A stretch of DNA of 64,000 nucleotides from Microbotryum violaceum (Eukaryota): positions 1,860,001 to 1,924,000 of the forward strand of contig CDLV01000006.1 in assembly GCA_001244265.2 (NCBI GenBank). Direction: 5' to 3'. The notes beneath the pieces were generated by a model that did no database searches, was not told where the DNA came from, and was given only the letters and a program-made list of their open reading frames with translations. This document shows positions 39,189 to 52,473 of the stretch, piece by piece; position 1 is the stretch's first letter, and the number at the start of each line of letters is the position of its first letter. The position numbers were made by a program, and so were the translations under genes.

Positions 39189-42100
39189 CTATTTGTAACG
39201 AATCAAGAGGTATGGGACCTTTTCAAGCAATCGGTTCAGAGGGGAGCTGTCAGTCACGGGAAACAGAGAGCTTAGCTCGCGAATTAGAGACTCACCTCGA
39301 CATCCTCCCCTGTGTCGTCGTCGCACATCATCTCGAACGTGAGCGAATTGCCCGGCGGCAAAGGCTTCTTGGACACGCTCTCGACCAATTGACTCATCCT
39401 GCGTCAACACCTCATACGATCAGTTCTTGTTCATCGCTTGACCCCCAACATGCTCTTGAGCGAGCTCACCTCATCGGCAACCTCTCCTCCAGCTTCTTCT
39501 TGGGCATGAATCCACTGTAGAGCATCGACACACCACTCGACAGCATGGTAATCTCGAGGCGGTGTTTCGACTTCATGTGCTCCATCAAGTCCTTCAAGGT
39601 GACGTCGCCTTCGAGGAAGAATCGATCCCAGATCGTCCACTCGACATCGTAGTACTGCATATTGAAGACACTTCAGCCACTGATCATGCCAGAGCATTCA
39701 GAAACGCGACTCACCTTGTTCTTGGCCATCGCAATCGGTTCCGAAAAGCCGAAGAAGGGCAATGCGAGATTGAAGAACCCGTTTTTGTACTGCTCAATAT
39801 CCTTCTTGCCGTCGATGATCTTGTACAACTCGAGGCAGACTAATCCGGTCGCAAGGCAAGTCGTCGTCGCGATCGCAGGGATAATCTTGCCGGCGATTTG
39901 CTTCGTGTGGTGACGGTCGGCGGTCTGGATGCCGTAGTTCATCGCGCGCAAGTTGCTCGCGCTCGTGATGAAGTCCATGTGGAAGTTTGTGTCGTCGTCC
40001 TTCTCGAATTCAGCGGGTCGCATGCGGTACCCAGCGAGGGTGGTGGGCTTCGGCAGCGCATCAACGATCGTAGCGAGGTCATCGTCGTCCGACGAGGGGG
40101 CACCAGCGGCATTGTTGACGGGTTCGTCGTCTTTGATCTGCACCTGGACGCCCGACTTGGGGACGAACTCGGGCAGGACGACCTCATCGAGCGTGCGCAT
40201 GACCTCATCGAGCGTGCGCATGAACATCTCGCGGTCGGTCTCCCCCTTGAGGCCGTAGTTGAAGGCGTGCAGATTCGCCGCAGAAACGATGAAGTCCATG
40301 TGGGCCTGGTCACGCGGGTCAAAGGTCAAAGGCTTGGGGGCTCGTTTCGGTCCGGACCAGAAGGGTGCGCCTTCCTTTGTCAACTGGGGAGCGTGGAGGC
40401 AATCATGATCATCAGCTGAGAGCGAGACCGACAGCGGGCCACAAAAAGAGGACAAACCAAGTCTTTTGGCAGCGAGTGCAAAAGCTGTCGAATCTCGTTG
40501 TTGTACTCGGTCTCGAACTGCTGCCTCGCCCACACGATGCACTCTGCGAACCCAAGCGGCTTGTTGTCGACGAGGTAGCTTCGGATCTTGAGCAGTTGAC
40601 CCGTCTCGCCCGAGGCCTTGGCCGCCTCGACGAAGTTGGCTTGGCTGAGGTACGAGTTGACGACCTCGGCCGGCTTCTCGAACAGGCCCTCGAAGCGTTC
40701 CTTGGCCCATGCGATCGTGTGCTCGATCTGGTTGGGGAAGTTCTTGATCGTGCAACTCGGGTGACTCTTTTCGGGCGGGTCCTGCGACGACGAGTACGAC
40801 TCGGTCACATGCGGTAACACGACCTGCACGTTCGCCTTGGTGCCGAGCGTGCCCGATTCGAGTAGAGGCTTCTCGTAAAAGACGCAGCGTTGATCCATGT
40901 ACTGACGAGCGGCGACGTTGTCGAGCGCGTTCGTGACCACGTCGATACCATCGAAGAAATCGTCGCCGAACGTTCCTTCGGTCTCTCCACCGACGGCGAG
41001 CTTGAACACCTCGATCTTGTCGTTGAGGCTTAGGTTCATCTCGGTCACGGCTCGTCGTCCGGCCTCGGATTTGAACGAGCCGACGTCGCGCGGTCGGAAC
41101 AAGAACTGTCGGTTCAAGTTGCTCTTCTCGATCGTGTCCAAGTCGGTGACGTAGATTCTGCCCTTTTCACCCGTCGCGAGACCCATCATGGCCCAGTTTT
41201 TGAGCATCTCGCATCCAATCGCACCCGCCCCGACGAGGAATTGGCGCTGGTTCTCGATCTTGGCTTGGAACGCTCGGCCAAAGACGGCGATCTGTCCATC
41301 GTACCTCGAAGGCGGGTTCGAAGGCGCACAGTCCTCCTTCGTCGGCTTCGTGTCGGGTAAGGCCTCGAGTGCGTCAAAGTAGACGTGTTGGAACAAGGGT
41401 CCGAATTTGCCCGAGCAAGCCTTCAAGACTTCTTGAGCGACGAACCCACCCATCACGGCGTTGATCGGGGCCAAGCTACCTGTGGCCTGGTACGAGAGCT
41501 CGGTAAGGACCTGGTCATCAACATCATCGGTGAACCCGGCCTTGCTCGCGACGTCCTTGGACAATTGGAGGAAGGTTTGGGCGTCCGAGTCGTCGCGGGG
41601 TGCGGGTAAGCGACCGTGACCGGCTTTGAAGGCCGAGAGCGCCTGGAAGCCGATGTGGAGCGTCGCGGGTCGGTTCCACTTGGCAAAATCCGAGATGAGG
41701 TATTCGGGCGCGGCGATGGACTCGCGCAGGGGCTTAAAATCGAGCAGCTTGGGCATTTTCACCTGGTGGAACCAACCGCCCTTCTTGTATTGGCCCAGGC
41801 CTCGGGTGTCGCCGATCGTGAAGGTGTAGGGGCCTTTGACGACCACCTTGCGCGCGCCGTCGACGCCTTCCGAGTTGATGTCGAGACCCTCGACCTCGGA
41901 GAAGCGCACATAGTCGCCATCCTCGAGGCCGTGCCGTGTCTCGTCGAGGCAAGTGACGAGCGCGTCCTCGGCCTCCTCGATCTCGACAACCATGCCGGAC
42001 AGCGGTGTCTCGCCGGTCTGGTCAACGACGGGGAACTGCTTGCCAAAGTCGCAGAAAGCCGAGGCAAAGAGACCATACGACTCGGCGGCGATGAACTTTA

Positions 42101-42928
42101 TGCCGTTGGCGTGGGCAAAGTCGTTGAGCTTGAGCTGCTCGTCGGTGGTGGCGTTGACGAGCACGATGACGGTGAAGCGCTTGAGCTGGTCCTCGTCGAG
42201 CTGCTCGAGCACGGATACGGGCGTGTAGGCGTTGAGTTCGGCGAGGCGGGGTCGTGTGGCCTCGTCGCGACGTTTGCCGACGTCTTGGTGTCGAAGGAAG
42301 AACTGGGTGCCTAGATCGGGCACCGAGGCTGGGGTCGGATCCGAAACGGTGACGGACTTGACCCCGGCTAGGCATACGTTCTTGGCAATTTCGACACCGA
42401 GTCCGTCAAGCCCGATGATGAGCACGTCGGATGCGGCCATGCGTTTCATGGCTGTGGCGAGAGGGGAGCGGGGCCAGGGTGGCGGCGGTGTGGGGGCTAA
42501 AGGTCAGCGTCGAGCTGATGCGCAGCCGCGTGATGTCGATCTAGAGCCACCCCTTACCTTCGTGTCCGAGAACGTAGCTGTGAAGGGCAAGGAGTGAGCC
42601 TGGTCAGTTTGATGCAATGCATTCAGCGAACAGGGGGTGTGGGCAGCAGGTCGTGGCTGTCGTGTGACTGTGCGCGAGGCGACGGGGCCCGAGCCTAGCC
42701 GAAGCCTTGGCAGAGTCGCCACGCATGGCTGAGCCTCGTGCGATTTGATTGATGCTCGGTACGATGCGCACCGCACTGTCTCTCGGGTCGACGTCGCTCC
42801 GTGGCCGAGGCGGTGGATGAGGTCAGCGCCAGGGGGTCGAGCAGTTGCACCACTCACAGCTGGCGAGAGTAGAGCGCTTCATCCAGATGGGGCGCGGCGA
42901 CACCACCGATGACTTGATCGACCTCCAT
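39189..42928 (-). CDS. UBA1: Ubiquitin-activating enzyme E1
   Basis: [47 protein letters not shown], catalytic [30 protein letters not shown]. Confidence 0.98.
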
Positions 42929-43479
42929 GTTGCGTTGCGGTGTGGGGCGGGGGAAGGAAAGGGAAAGGGAGGAAGCGACGTAAAGCAGCAAGCAGCCCGA
43001 CTCGAATGTCAGCAGCTGTCAGCGAACGCTCCCAAGTTGGCGCGCGCTTGGCTGCACCTGGGCGCCTGGGCTGCAAGCTGGCCAAAGTACTGCCAAAGTG
43101 CCGTGCTTTCACGGCACGCGGCACGCGGCAGCACGCGCAAGGGTGCAGTGCCGCTTGACTTTGGGCCGTTCAGTATTCAGTCGTCAGTACGTCAGTGCAC
43201 GGCGCGCAGGGCTCGGCATAGCAACAGAGCGGACTGAATCTGCGCTCGCTCGCAACACGCAACAGAGCCGCAGTACGTCAGCATCATCGCCAGCCTGGGC
43301 CTTCCAGCCGAAAGTAACTAATCGTAATTTGCACCTTCACAGTCCTCATATCGCATTCACACAACATACACGCGCTGCGCGGGATCCAGCCTCTGCGAAT
43401 CTCCACCTCGTCTCCACCTCAGCTCCGAGTGCGATTCGCGCCATGACTCGCTAGAGAGTCCGTCCTGGCCCACCACACC

Positions 43480-45372
43480 ATGGCAGATATAATCTCTTCT
43501 GCTGCATCCTCGATGCCAAGTGGCAGTGCAAGTGGCTCCATCGGCGGCGATCCGGCCCCACTCTCCGCAAGCGCCGTCGCAGCCCCCTCAGCCCCCTCAG
43601 CCCCCTCAGCGGCCTGGCGTGCCATCGACTGCAACTGCCCGCCGATACCCCGATGGTCCTTCACCCAAGGCTTCCTCCTCGGTCAATTCTCAATGTAAGC
43701 AGCGTCCCACTCCGAGTTCGGGAGAGCAGCATCGCTCACACCCGCCGTTCTCTCCACAGTCTGCTCCTCGTCGCACTCTTTCTCAAATACGTCGTATTTG
43801 AGCACCGACCACCCTCAACCGCTCCACGCTCGACCACGACTAGATCCAAAGTAGGTGGCCAAGCGCACTGCCCTGTTCTTCGTGTCCACATGTTGACCCA
43901 ATCCACCTCTCCTACGCGACACCCTCCCAAAGCGGCGAACAGCAACCTCGGCGACGTCATCGACCCCGTCCTCATCCGCTTTGGCCTCGGCCTCGACGTC
44001 CCAGATCCTCTCCTCCTTGGCCTACGACCTCTCCTCCCACGCACCCGAAACCCTCGACTGGCTCAACGTGCTCCTCGGCCAGACTCTCTCCGCCTACCGA
44101 GGCCTCATCGCCTCCTCATCGCCTCAAGGCCCCAAGGGGCTCTTTGAGAGCATCCTTAATCGCAGCTCGCCTAACCCGGCTGAGAAAGGCCTCGTTTCGG
44201 TCGATTACATCAGCGTCGATGACGTGCACGTCGGCCAGGCTTACCCCTTTCTTGGCGATGCGAGAGTCCGGCCATCTGGAGCCGAAGGAGGAGCCGTGGT
44301 GAGTGTGGTTCGCAAAGCGCTCAGTGATGCATGTGCCTTGACTGACATAGGGAGCGTCCCCTCCCTCTCTCTTCTCCAGCGGGTGGAGTTTGACATTGAT
44401 TACGTCGACCAAGTATCCTTATCTATCTCGACTTCGGTCCTCTTCAACTTCCCGCGCCCCAGTTTCGCCGTCCTCCCGGTCTCGCTCGGCCTGACCCTCG
44501 AGCGCTTCTCGGGCACCTTGTCCGTCGAACTCCCCTCCCCTACCTCAAACCACCCCAATCCCAGTCTCCACCTCTCCCTCCACCCCGACTTTGAACTCCA
44601 CCTCTCCACGACCTCATTACTAGGTGCACGAGCCAAACTACACGATGTGCCCAAGATCGAGCAATTGATCCGGGAACGACTGCGATCCTTCATCGTCGAA
44701 AAGGTCGTTTGGCCAGGAAGGGTCTCGATCGCTTTACCCGCTCCCATCGCACCACCTTTAGAAGACAACGTGGCCAACGCTTCGACATCGTCTTCTTCCT
44801 CCGCCTTGGGGGAGAATGATATCGAGAATGGATTCGACGATTTCCCTTCCAACATTTCCACGTTGAATCCTTTCCTCTCGGACCAAGAGGACCTATCCCT
44901 AGACGAACAAGACGACAATGCGCCCCTATTCAAGACCGACCGATCCCCATTCATACGCCCTTCTTTCCCCGGGGCCCCAGTCGTCGATCTGGAGAACCCG
45001 AAAGGCCCTTCGGTACTCCTCCACCCCCGTCTAGATCGAAAGACGTCCAGATTATCGACGGCGAACAACTCGCCTACGAAGAAGAAAGCGACGACGACTG
45101 CTACCACACTAGGCGACACGACTTCCCCGTCCAGACGCAACAACCTCCATCCTTCTGCTGGCCTACCTTTGGGAGCTTCCAGTCGAGGCGCAGCATCTGC
45201 ATCTGGATCAACATTACCTAGTCCAAGTCCGACTGAATTCCTTCCGGGGTATTCCGGCTCGTTCAATACGGACGGAATACGACAGAGGGGTCATCCTTCA
45301 ACGGCTTCGGCGTTGTTCGTAGGCAGTAGTCGGAATCAGAATGCGGCAACCTCGGTCTTGGAACGGAGATAG
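43480..45372 (+). CDS. MMM1: ERMES complex subunit Mmm1 (SMP domain)
   Basis: WSFTQGFLLGQ followed by a TM segment, ETLDWLNVLLGQ, LFNFPRPSFAVLPVSL, SLLGARAKLHDVPKIEQLI. Confidence 0.92.
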
Positions 45373-45418
45373 TGCGTTTTTCTTCTTCTCCTCCCCGAGA
45401 TTGACCACCCACCACTCC

Positions 45419-45452
<34 letters not shown>

Positions 45453-45683
45453 AAAGCATATCAATACAGTGTTGGAATTTTATCTTCGAAGCTTCGTAAG
45501 ACGAACGCGTACACGCACAAGTCGGTGTGGTGCGGTGGAGGTGAAACCTCGTAGAACCGCATTCCAAAGTACCTTCCCCTCATAAAATTCATTATCGGGA
45601 ATCTGTGATACACACAAAACAAACCACCCACTGCGCCCTTCCCACCAACAAGACCCAAATCCAGAATTAGCTCGTTCCCCTCC

Positions 45684-46926
45684 CTAGTCCTTCTGCTCGG
45701 CATCACGCTTGGCCGCGGCTTTGGCCCTCGCAGCCAAAGCCTTTTTCTTCTGCTGCGTGTTGATGAAGGTGCCCGCGGTGGCGCCGACCAAAGTGAAGAA
45801 CGGGACCCAGGTCGAAGGGTCCAAAAAGCGTTGCGCGATCATCAACCTATGGAAAAAGAGACAGAGGGAGGGGAGGGGAAGCGAGTTTAGAGCTGGGTTT
45901 GAACCTTCCGAGGCTGTTGTGGCTTACGATAGGGTGGAGATGACCCAAGTGAGACGAAGGATCGGCATGATGCTCATCTTCCATGTCTTGATGATACCTT
46001 CGATCGACTCGACGCCGTTGATGTAGGCCATCGCGGCGATCTAGCAGCGCACAAGGACGAATCGCAGATAAGCTTTCCCGAACATCCTGAACATGTTCAA
46101 AACGACGAGCGAAGAGGAAAACGGACGTAGACGGATTGCTGGATCGGCGAGATGAAGAGATTGGAGCAAAGGATCATGCCCAACTTGGCTCGACCCGAGG
46201 TCTTGCCCGCGAACGCCTTTTGCAGGATGTTCATCAAGGTGTGGCCGAGCGGCGCCGAGATGAAGAAGCCTGCACGAGGGGGACGGGTGATCGTCAGTCT
46301 GAGAAGCTCGGAAACACGAAGATGTAGTGCGCGGTCAAGAGTCTCGCTGTGCACACCATATGCAGCGAGCTTAAGCGCCTTCTTGTTCTGCTTGAGCAGG
46401 TCAATCGGGAAGACACCGGTGCGCTCGTACTTGGCGAGAGGAGCGGGCAAGGCACCGGACGCATGACCGGCGATGATCTCGGAGACGAAGCTGGTAACAG
46501 GAAAACAGAAACATGGGGTCAGATCGGTAGATGGGTAGATCATTTGCCTGTCGCATGCCTGGGACCTTGCGTGAACCCGTCGCGTCGTCTCGTGCGGGGT
46601 ACGCGGCTCAGCATCGACAGAGTGGGGTGGGGCAGGCACTGGAGAAGGGCGACTGACGAGAGCACGGCCGAGGTGGACGACTTGGTCAACACGGGACGTG
46701 TCGCCAGTGATTGCAGGTACGCTGTTGGATAAATAATTGCCAAGGCAACGTCGGTGCGTCAGCCTCACCGAAGTACGCCGAGCCGCATCAGGTGGGTTTG
46801 AACTTGCAAGCGAGCAGCGGGTGCATCGCCTTGGCTTGCACGGTCACAGACACTGTGGGCGACGGGTGGCAGGGTCGGTCAGTTCTCTTTTTTTGCTTGA
46901 AAAACCATCATCGAACGCGGCATACT
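45684..46926 (-). CDS. Mpv17/PMP22 (PXMP2-like) peroxisomal membrane protein
   Basis: YLQSLATRPVLTKSSTSAVL, KLAAYG, FFISAPLGH, SNLFISPIQ, WVPFFTLVGATAGTFIN. The start ATG is inferred to be split by intron 46853-46925. Confidence 0.9.
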
Positions 46927-47350
46927 TTTCGGCTTCTTGTTTCGTTGTGTAGGGGAGTGTGGGTGAAACGAGTGCCAAGCGAGATGGACTCGATGCGCGC
47001 TGAGCCAACCAGCCCAAACTGTGATACCGAAAGAGCCGAACCCTCCTTCCGGGTAAAGTTCGTTGCCGCGCCGGGCCGCATCGGAACCACACATTTACGC
47101 CGACATGCATATGCACATTCGGCGCAAGGACGGCAGGCAAGGACGACTGGTCCTTGGGACAACGTGCTGGGCGGTGACAGGCCCCGTAAATAAATACTCC
47201 CAATACACATAGCGTGATCACAACAACACAAAAAACCAACAAAGGGGGCACTGATCCACACCAATACGAGCCCCCTCGAGCATCTAAGACCACCCACCAC
47301 CGCCGGGTCTGCGAGTCAAGCCTTCGGTGCCAAAGGCTCCCCCGTCGTCA

Positions 47351-49980
47351 TCAACTAGTTGGAAAAGGCATCGCCGTCGACATGATAGTCCTCCTCATTG
47401 CTTCCTCTAATAGCAGATCGGGCCGATCTTGTGTCGCCCTTGACGGTGCGCTATCCCGTCTCGGCGGTCTCCGAATCGACTGCATTTCGACCAACCGCCG
47501 CTCCGCGACGGGGTGGTAGTAAGCCGCGACGCGCAACCCCTTTTCGATCCAGTCTAGCTCAGTCTCCGTCAGCTCGTCGTCCGGCGTGATCGGACCGCCT
47601 TCCTCGCCATAGCGTTGCACGGCAATCGACGTTCATCGTGGCATCAACTCAAGCTGCCAGCACAGGTACCACGTTTGGTTCGGGCTGACCGAGATCGAAT
47701 AGAGCTCAAAGTAGAACGCAGCGAGCTTGAGGCCTCTCCGCACACGGCGCTCGCTTTCGAGAAGCCACTCGCCGGAGAGGTCGTCGTGTGATCCGTGGTG
47801 GCCTTGCATTCGCTCCGAAATGAGCGATTGGATGAGCCACGTCAGGTCGTCGACTTCACGGTCGAGTCGAGTCACGTAGCGTAGGTGCATCGAAGAGCAC
47901 CCATCGGCCTCGCAGCCGGGAGGCAGGCCGCGGAGCCCCATCAATAAACTCTGGAAATCCTGGATGGCCGAGTGGATTTGATCCAATGCCGTCCAGATCA
48001 TCATGATCTCGGAAGTAATCATCGAGTAGTGAACGGTATGCACTGATGACGATAAGGAAGGGGTCGTACGTCAGTGTGAACCGACGGCGCAAAAGGGATA
48101 GCCCGTTCATGCGTGACTTACAAGAAGCAATTCGATTGAACTCGCGTTGACACGCTATTAGCCATCTCCAGATTACCATGCTGGCGCTCGAAAGCTGCAT
48201 ATGATTGGGCTCTTCTCCAGGACGCAGGTGGACAGCGATCATCGACTGCAGCTGGTCGTATTCGAGATCGGGGAGGACCAAGCCCGAAAAGTACTCGCTG
48301 AGGTCCGCCTCGGTCACAAGACATGCGCGTCGACCGTAAGCCGAAGTTATCGCATCTCCAGCGAGCAGCGGTAAACCTATGCTCTTGACCAGCGCGGCCC
48401 GTTGCTCTCCGAGATCCTTGAACATGCCGAGCGCGCTGCGCACCATGCTCTTCGATCGCCGCGGAATCAGTTCTTGCCACATCAGCGCCTGCATCTGCAC
48501 CATCAACGCCTCGAGGGCTGGCTGGCTCGGATCGTGTGCGATCTCGAGTCGATCCGAAAGTTCCATCGCTTCGGCATGCAGCGCCTTGTACGTCTGCTCG
48601 CGTCGCACTCCAGAAAAGATCATCGCGCGAGAGTCGGAGGGATCCACCTCAGGAATACCGAGCAGACCTGAATGCGGTGTTGCTCTGACCCCAAGGGCAC
48701 AGAACGTAGCGACCGCTACTCGCGAAGGGGGGTCGAGGTTGTCAATCTGGCGGTACAGATGCGATTTTCGAATCAAGAATGGTCGAAAAATGGGCAGATT
48801 CGAACAGCAAGAGCCGAAAAAGGCGTCGAGGAGATGCAGTGCGAAAGATCGCTGCAGAGTTGGCTTCGCTAGCCGCACTTCGAGGCTGAGCGAGCCCGGA
48901 GTAGGGCCGTTGTCCAGGTCCGAGTGATCGTCGAACGCGGTACCGCTCTTGCGCTTGAGCTTGGCGAGTCGCTCCTCGTCCTCTTCTCTTTGCGAGAGAA
49001 AGCGCAATGCAACCTCAGGGGATGCGGCACCGGCAGCGAATGTTGTGGAGATGCTGGAACACAGATCGGCTGCCGCAGGGAGAAAGAACCTCTGCGCCAC
49101 CAACTCGGACTCGAGGGATTCTGCGCGGTGTTAGGTAGAGTCAGGGATTGATCGGTGGTGTACGAAAACGCCGGCGGGCCTTATGTGGCTCACGAATCCG
49201 CTTTTCGAGTTGGGAAACCAGGGCATCACGGTCGATCGTTCGTGCGAAGTTCACTGTAACAAACAAATGAAACCGTAGAACTGTGGCATGAGTTGGCCTT
49301 CCGCCTCGTGCGTTGTCCGTGCCTGGCCTACTCATTACCTGGAACGAGGTTGCTGAATTGACAATCGAGGGCTCGCTCTGTGCGGTAAATTGGTGCCGTG
49401 CCCCGTGCCCCGTGAGCAGTCAGCCGCGCACAGGCATCTTACAGCAAGCGTGAACAGCAGCTATCAATTACCTGTACATCTCCCGCATTTGGGCCACTGT
49501 CGGTCACACTGTCGTTCGCGTGCAATGCCGGGGTTAGATTTTGCAGGGCGGACCAGCGCAGACATCCGTAGGAACAAACGCTACGATCACGCCGTCCTAA
49601 GGCTCCCTTCCATCTTGAAAAGAAGTAATGAAAAGGCAGGTGTCCTGGCGATATACTCACCTTAACTTTGCGTTGGCTTTGCGAAAGTGGGCATTAACGC
49701 GGCTCAGCGATAACTCGCAGCCGTGCGCGTGCGCTTAAATTGACATGGCGACGGCTTGCGGGACTAGGGCACCCGCGCACCTTCTCAGCCTTCGGGGTTT
49801 CCTGGGCGGCGTCCGCGCCGGCTTTGAGCTGGGCCGGGGCGCCGCATGCACCGCTGCTGGAATGGAATGTTGAGAAACTGGCGGATTGGAGGAGCTGTAA
49901 GATGACAAAGCTGACAGTGCCGTCGAGTTGGGTGCAGCTTGGGTCCTTGTATTCGAGCCCTCGGGACCTGGCCTGACCAT
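47351..49980 (-). CDS. Fungal Zn(II)2Cys6-type transcription factor; first two Cys not found
   Basis: Micro-exons splice to QRKVK|CDRQWPKCGRCT|ERALDCQF, followed by a LVSQLEKRI coiled coil and a large C-terminal region (ORFs 47856-49103, 47633-48043, 47351-47620). Confidence 0.75.
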
Positions 49981-51079
49981 CGGCTCGTGGTGAGTCTGGT
50001 TGCGCTGCATCAGGTGACCGCGACCGTGCAATCGATCAGTCGCCGCTATTATGGTGGTAAATGGGCGTTCGAGCTCGTCGAGGGCAATGGACGAAAAGGT
50101 GGAGGAAATTAGATGTGACGCTTGATAGGTGGGATGTCCAAGACTAGAATCCAGGGCTGCTGACGTTGCGGTGTTACTTGATGCGGCTTCCGGACGAATA
50201 GGCGAGATAAATTACAGGCGGGTCACTTTACAGTCCTCACAAGCTGCGCCCTCGGCACGTCCGGGCGCCATTATTACGTAATCGCTACAACTAATCAGTA
50301 CTTTTTGCCATAGTCCACTCGAGTCTCCCGACGATCTTAGCTAGGCGATCTTCAGTCAAGGCTCCCAGGGATCACGGCGGCACGAGCTAGACATCATGAT
50401 GCTATCGTCCCTGATCTAGAATTTTGGTCTCATTCGAGTAGCTCAATGCGTTAGAACTCTCAGTTAACTAATGCAATGCCACCGCGAATATTAGTGACCT
50501 GATTCGAAGCAGTTCAATACGTTAGAACGCTCGAATCAGAAGGAAGCTAAGAGAAAGCCCGCGCGCGCGCTCGCGCTCAGGGAGCCTGCAGTGTATTCCT
50601 CAAGTGTCAACTCAAGACCTGACGCTTTAACCCTCTGTCGCTAGATCTAACAATGTTCACGTCTCTTCGCAGCGTGCGGGACAGCGTCATGCTCCGTCGG
50701 ACCGACAAGCAATATCGGTCGCTTGGAGCAGTCTTGTCCGAACTCCGCAGACTCGGAGGAGCTTCGTCGACTTGACTGGGGACTTCCAAACGCATGCTCA
50801 TACGATTCAGATAATAGTCAAGCCCCTGACGCGGAACGAGAATGGGAGGGTAAGCTTGTTGTTTCAAACAAGATCTAGTGGCCAAAGGCCCGTCGCCAGG
50901 TAGACTCCTAACTTTGCCCTAAAAGCCGACACCAAGTTAGAGGGTGTAACGGAAAGTGGATGATCCTTCGACTTCGGTCCCATTGCGGTCGGCGGCTGCA
51001 TTAGCACGGCCGAAGGCGATTGTCATACCGACGAGCAACACAAATAAGAACCCTTCCTGCCCAGTGACCTGGGGAAGGA

Positions 51080-51420
51080 CCCAGTTCATTACATTGTCTT
51101 CTGTATGTTCTGTTGAAAACTTTTCTAAAAATCTAAGTAAAGAATTGTCTAGTTTCTTAAGTGTAGTTTCAGGTTCCTTTTTTTTGCCCTTTTTTTTGTC
51201 TAGACAAAAAAGACAAAACGTAAAAAAAAGCTGGGCGCTTCATAAATGTCAGGAGGTTAAGGTGTATTCTAATGGTTCTACAAAAGTGGAATATCAAGGT
51301 CAAATCCTTAAGCGCCCTGGACAAAAAAGACAAAAGGAGTAAATTTTATGTTCACTTTTACTAAAATACATTTAAAAAGGATTAACCAGTTAATTTGTAT
51401 TTTCTAGGGCTTGTTTACTT
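51080..51420. mobile_element. AT-rich, CpG-depleted probable transposon-end relic
   Basis: Sharp drop in GC, only about 3 CpG, A/T tracts, direct repeat GACAAAAAAGACAAAA, 20-bp palindrome at 51192-51211, and patchy resemblance to the subterminal region of the element at 60690-60810. Confidence 0.4.
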
Positions 51421-52473
51421 GCATGAGAATTGCCCCTTGGCAGCCCATCGCGGCACTCAGATCTGATGGCAGCGCGTAGTTTTGAGTGGGCGCGGGGCGA
51501 GCTCGTCTGCCGGATCACGTGACTCTGGCCGTGCATGAGCTTGACGTCAGACGCTGAACCCTCCGCGAACAGTGCAACACTCAGTGCAGTGGTTGGCTAA
51601 CAGCTGAGCGTTGTACGCGGAGGCGATCTACTAAAGAAGTATACAGTACCCATGACCATCGGTAATACTAATCTAGATGCAGTGAGAGCGTGTAAGCAGG
51701 ACGCAGGACCGCAGATGTGACATCGCTTGAGGACATCGCACCGACAAAAGGTACTATATTTGACCGAACCAATTTGTCCCTGCGAAACACTGGGCGATCG
51801 ACCTCAAGACATGGCTACATCGTAAGTGCCTGTTTATCTACATACTGACAATTTTGAGAGGCTGAAGGGAGCTGGTCCACTGGATTGGTCCGAGCTGGCT
51901 ACCGTGAGCTTGGGAGACGAAAGCCTATCGTATGAGTCTTGGACGGATCGTGAGGCCAACTCCAAAATCACCGACCTGCGAGCGTCGCGCGCGAGCGCCG
52001 CAAGCTTGGAGATGAACTGGCGATTGGCGCGATCGCCGGGCGAAGCGAAGAAAAGGGGGTGCGCATCTCCGACCGATCTCGCGGCAAAGTCCGCGCGGGC
52101 CACTGCAGGGCCTCCGCAGCCGGTCGCACGATTTGTCAAGGTACGACCAGGTATTTTCTCAACCGCACATCTCTTCTTCTCACGATCTTGAAGTCGAAAC
52201 CACAACTGAACCACGAGCGCCCGAGGTTAACTACATCTAGTCGGGATAGACTTCAACCAATTTCAGCTGTAGAAACCGAGGGCGCTAAGCGCCGGCGACG
52301 CCCCTTGAGGTGCATGACGCGTTTCGCGGGCCACGAGCTCAGCGGATCATCCACAAACTGACCCACTGTCTCACACCTCGTACCTCTTGTGTTTCCATCC
52401 CTTCCTTCTTGTGGATTAATCCCTCATGTTCGAGTAGCCAACTTCGTCTACTCAACAACATCCTAGTTCGACC

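Noticed and set aside
45422-45449. (TC)n microsatellite after MMM1, plus (GAC)n near 32375 and (GGGAT)n near 22878
   Set aside because: Ordinary simple repeats; no CRISPR-like repeat-spacer structure anywhere in the window.
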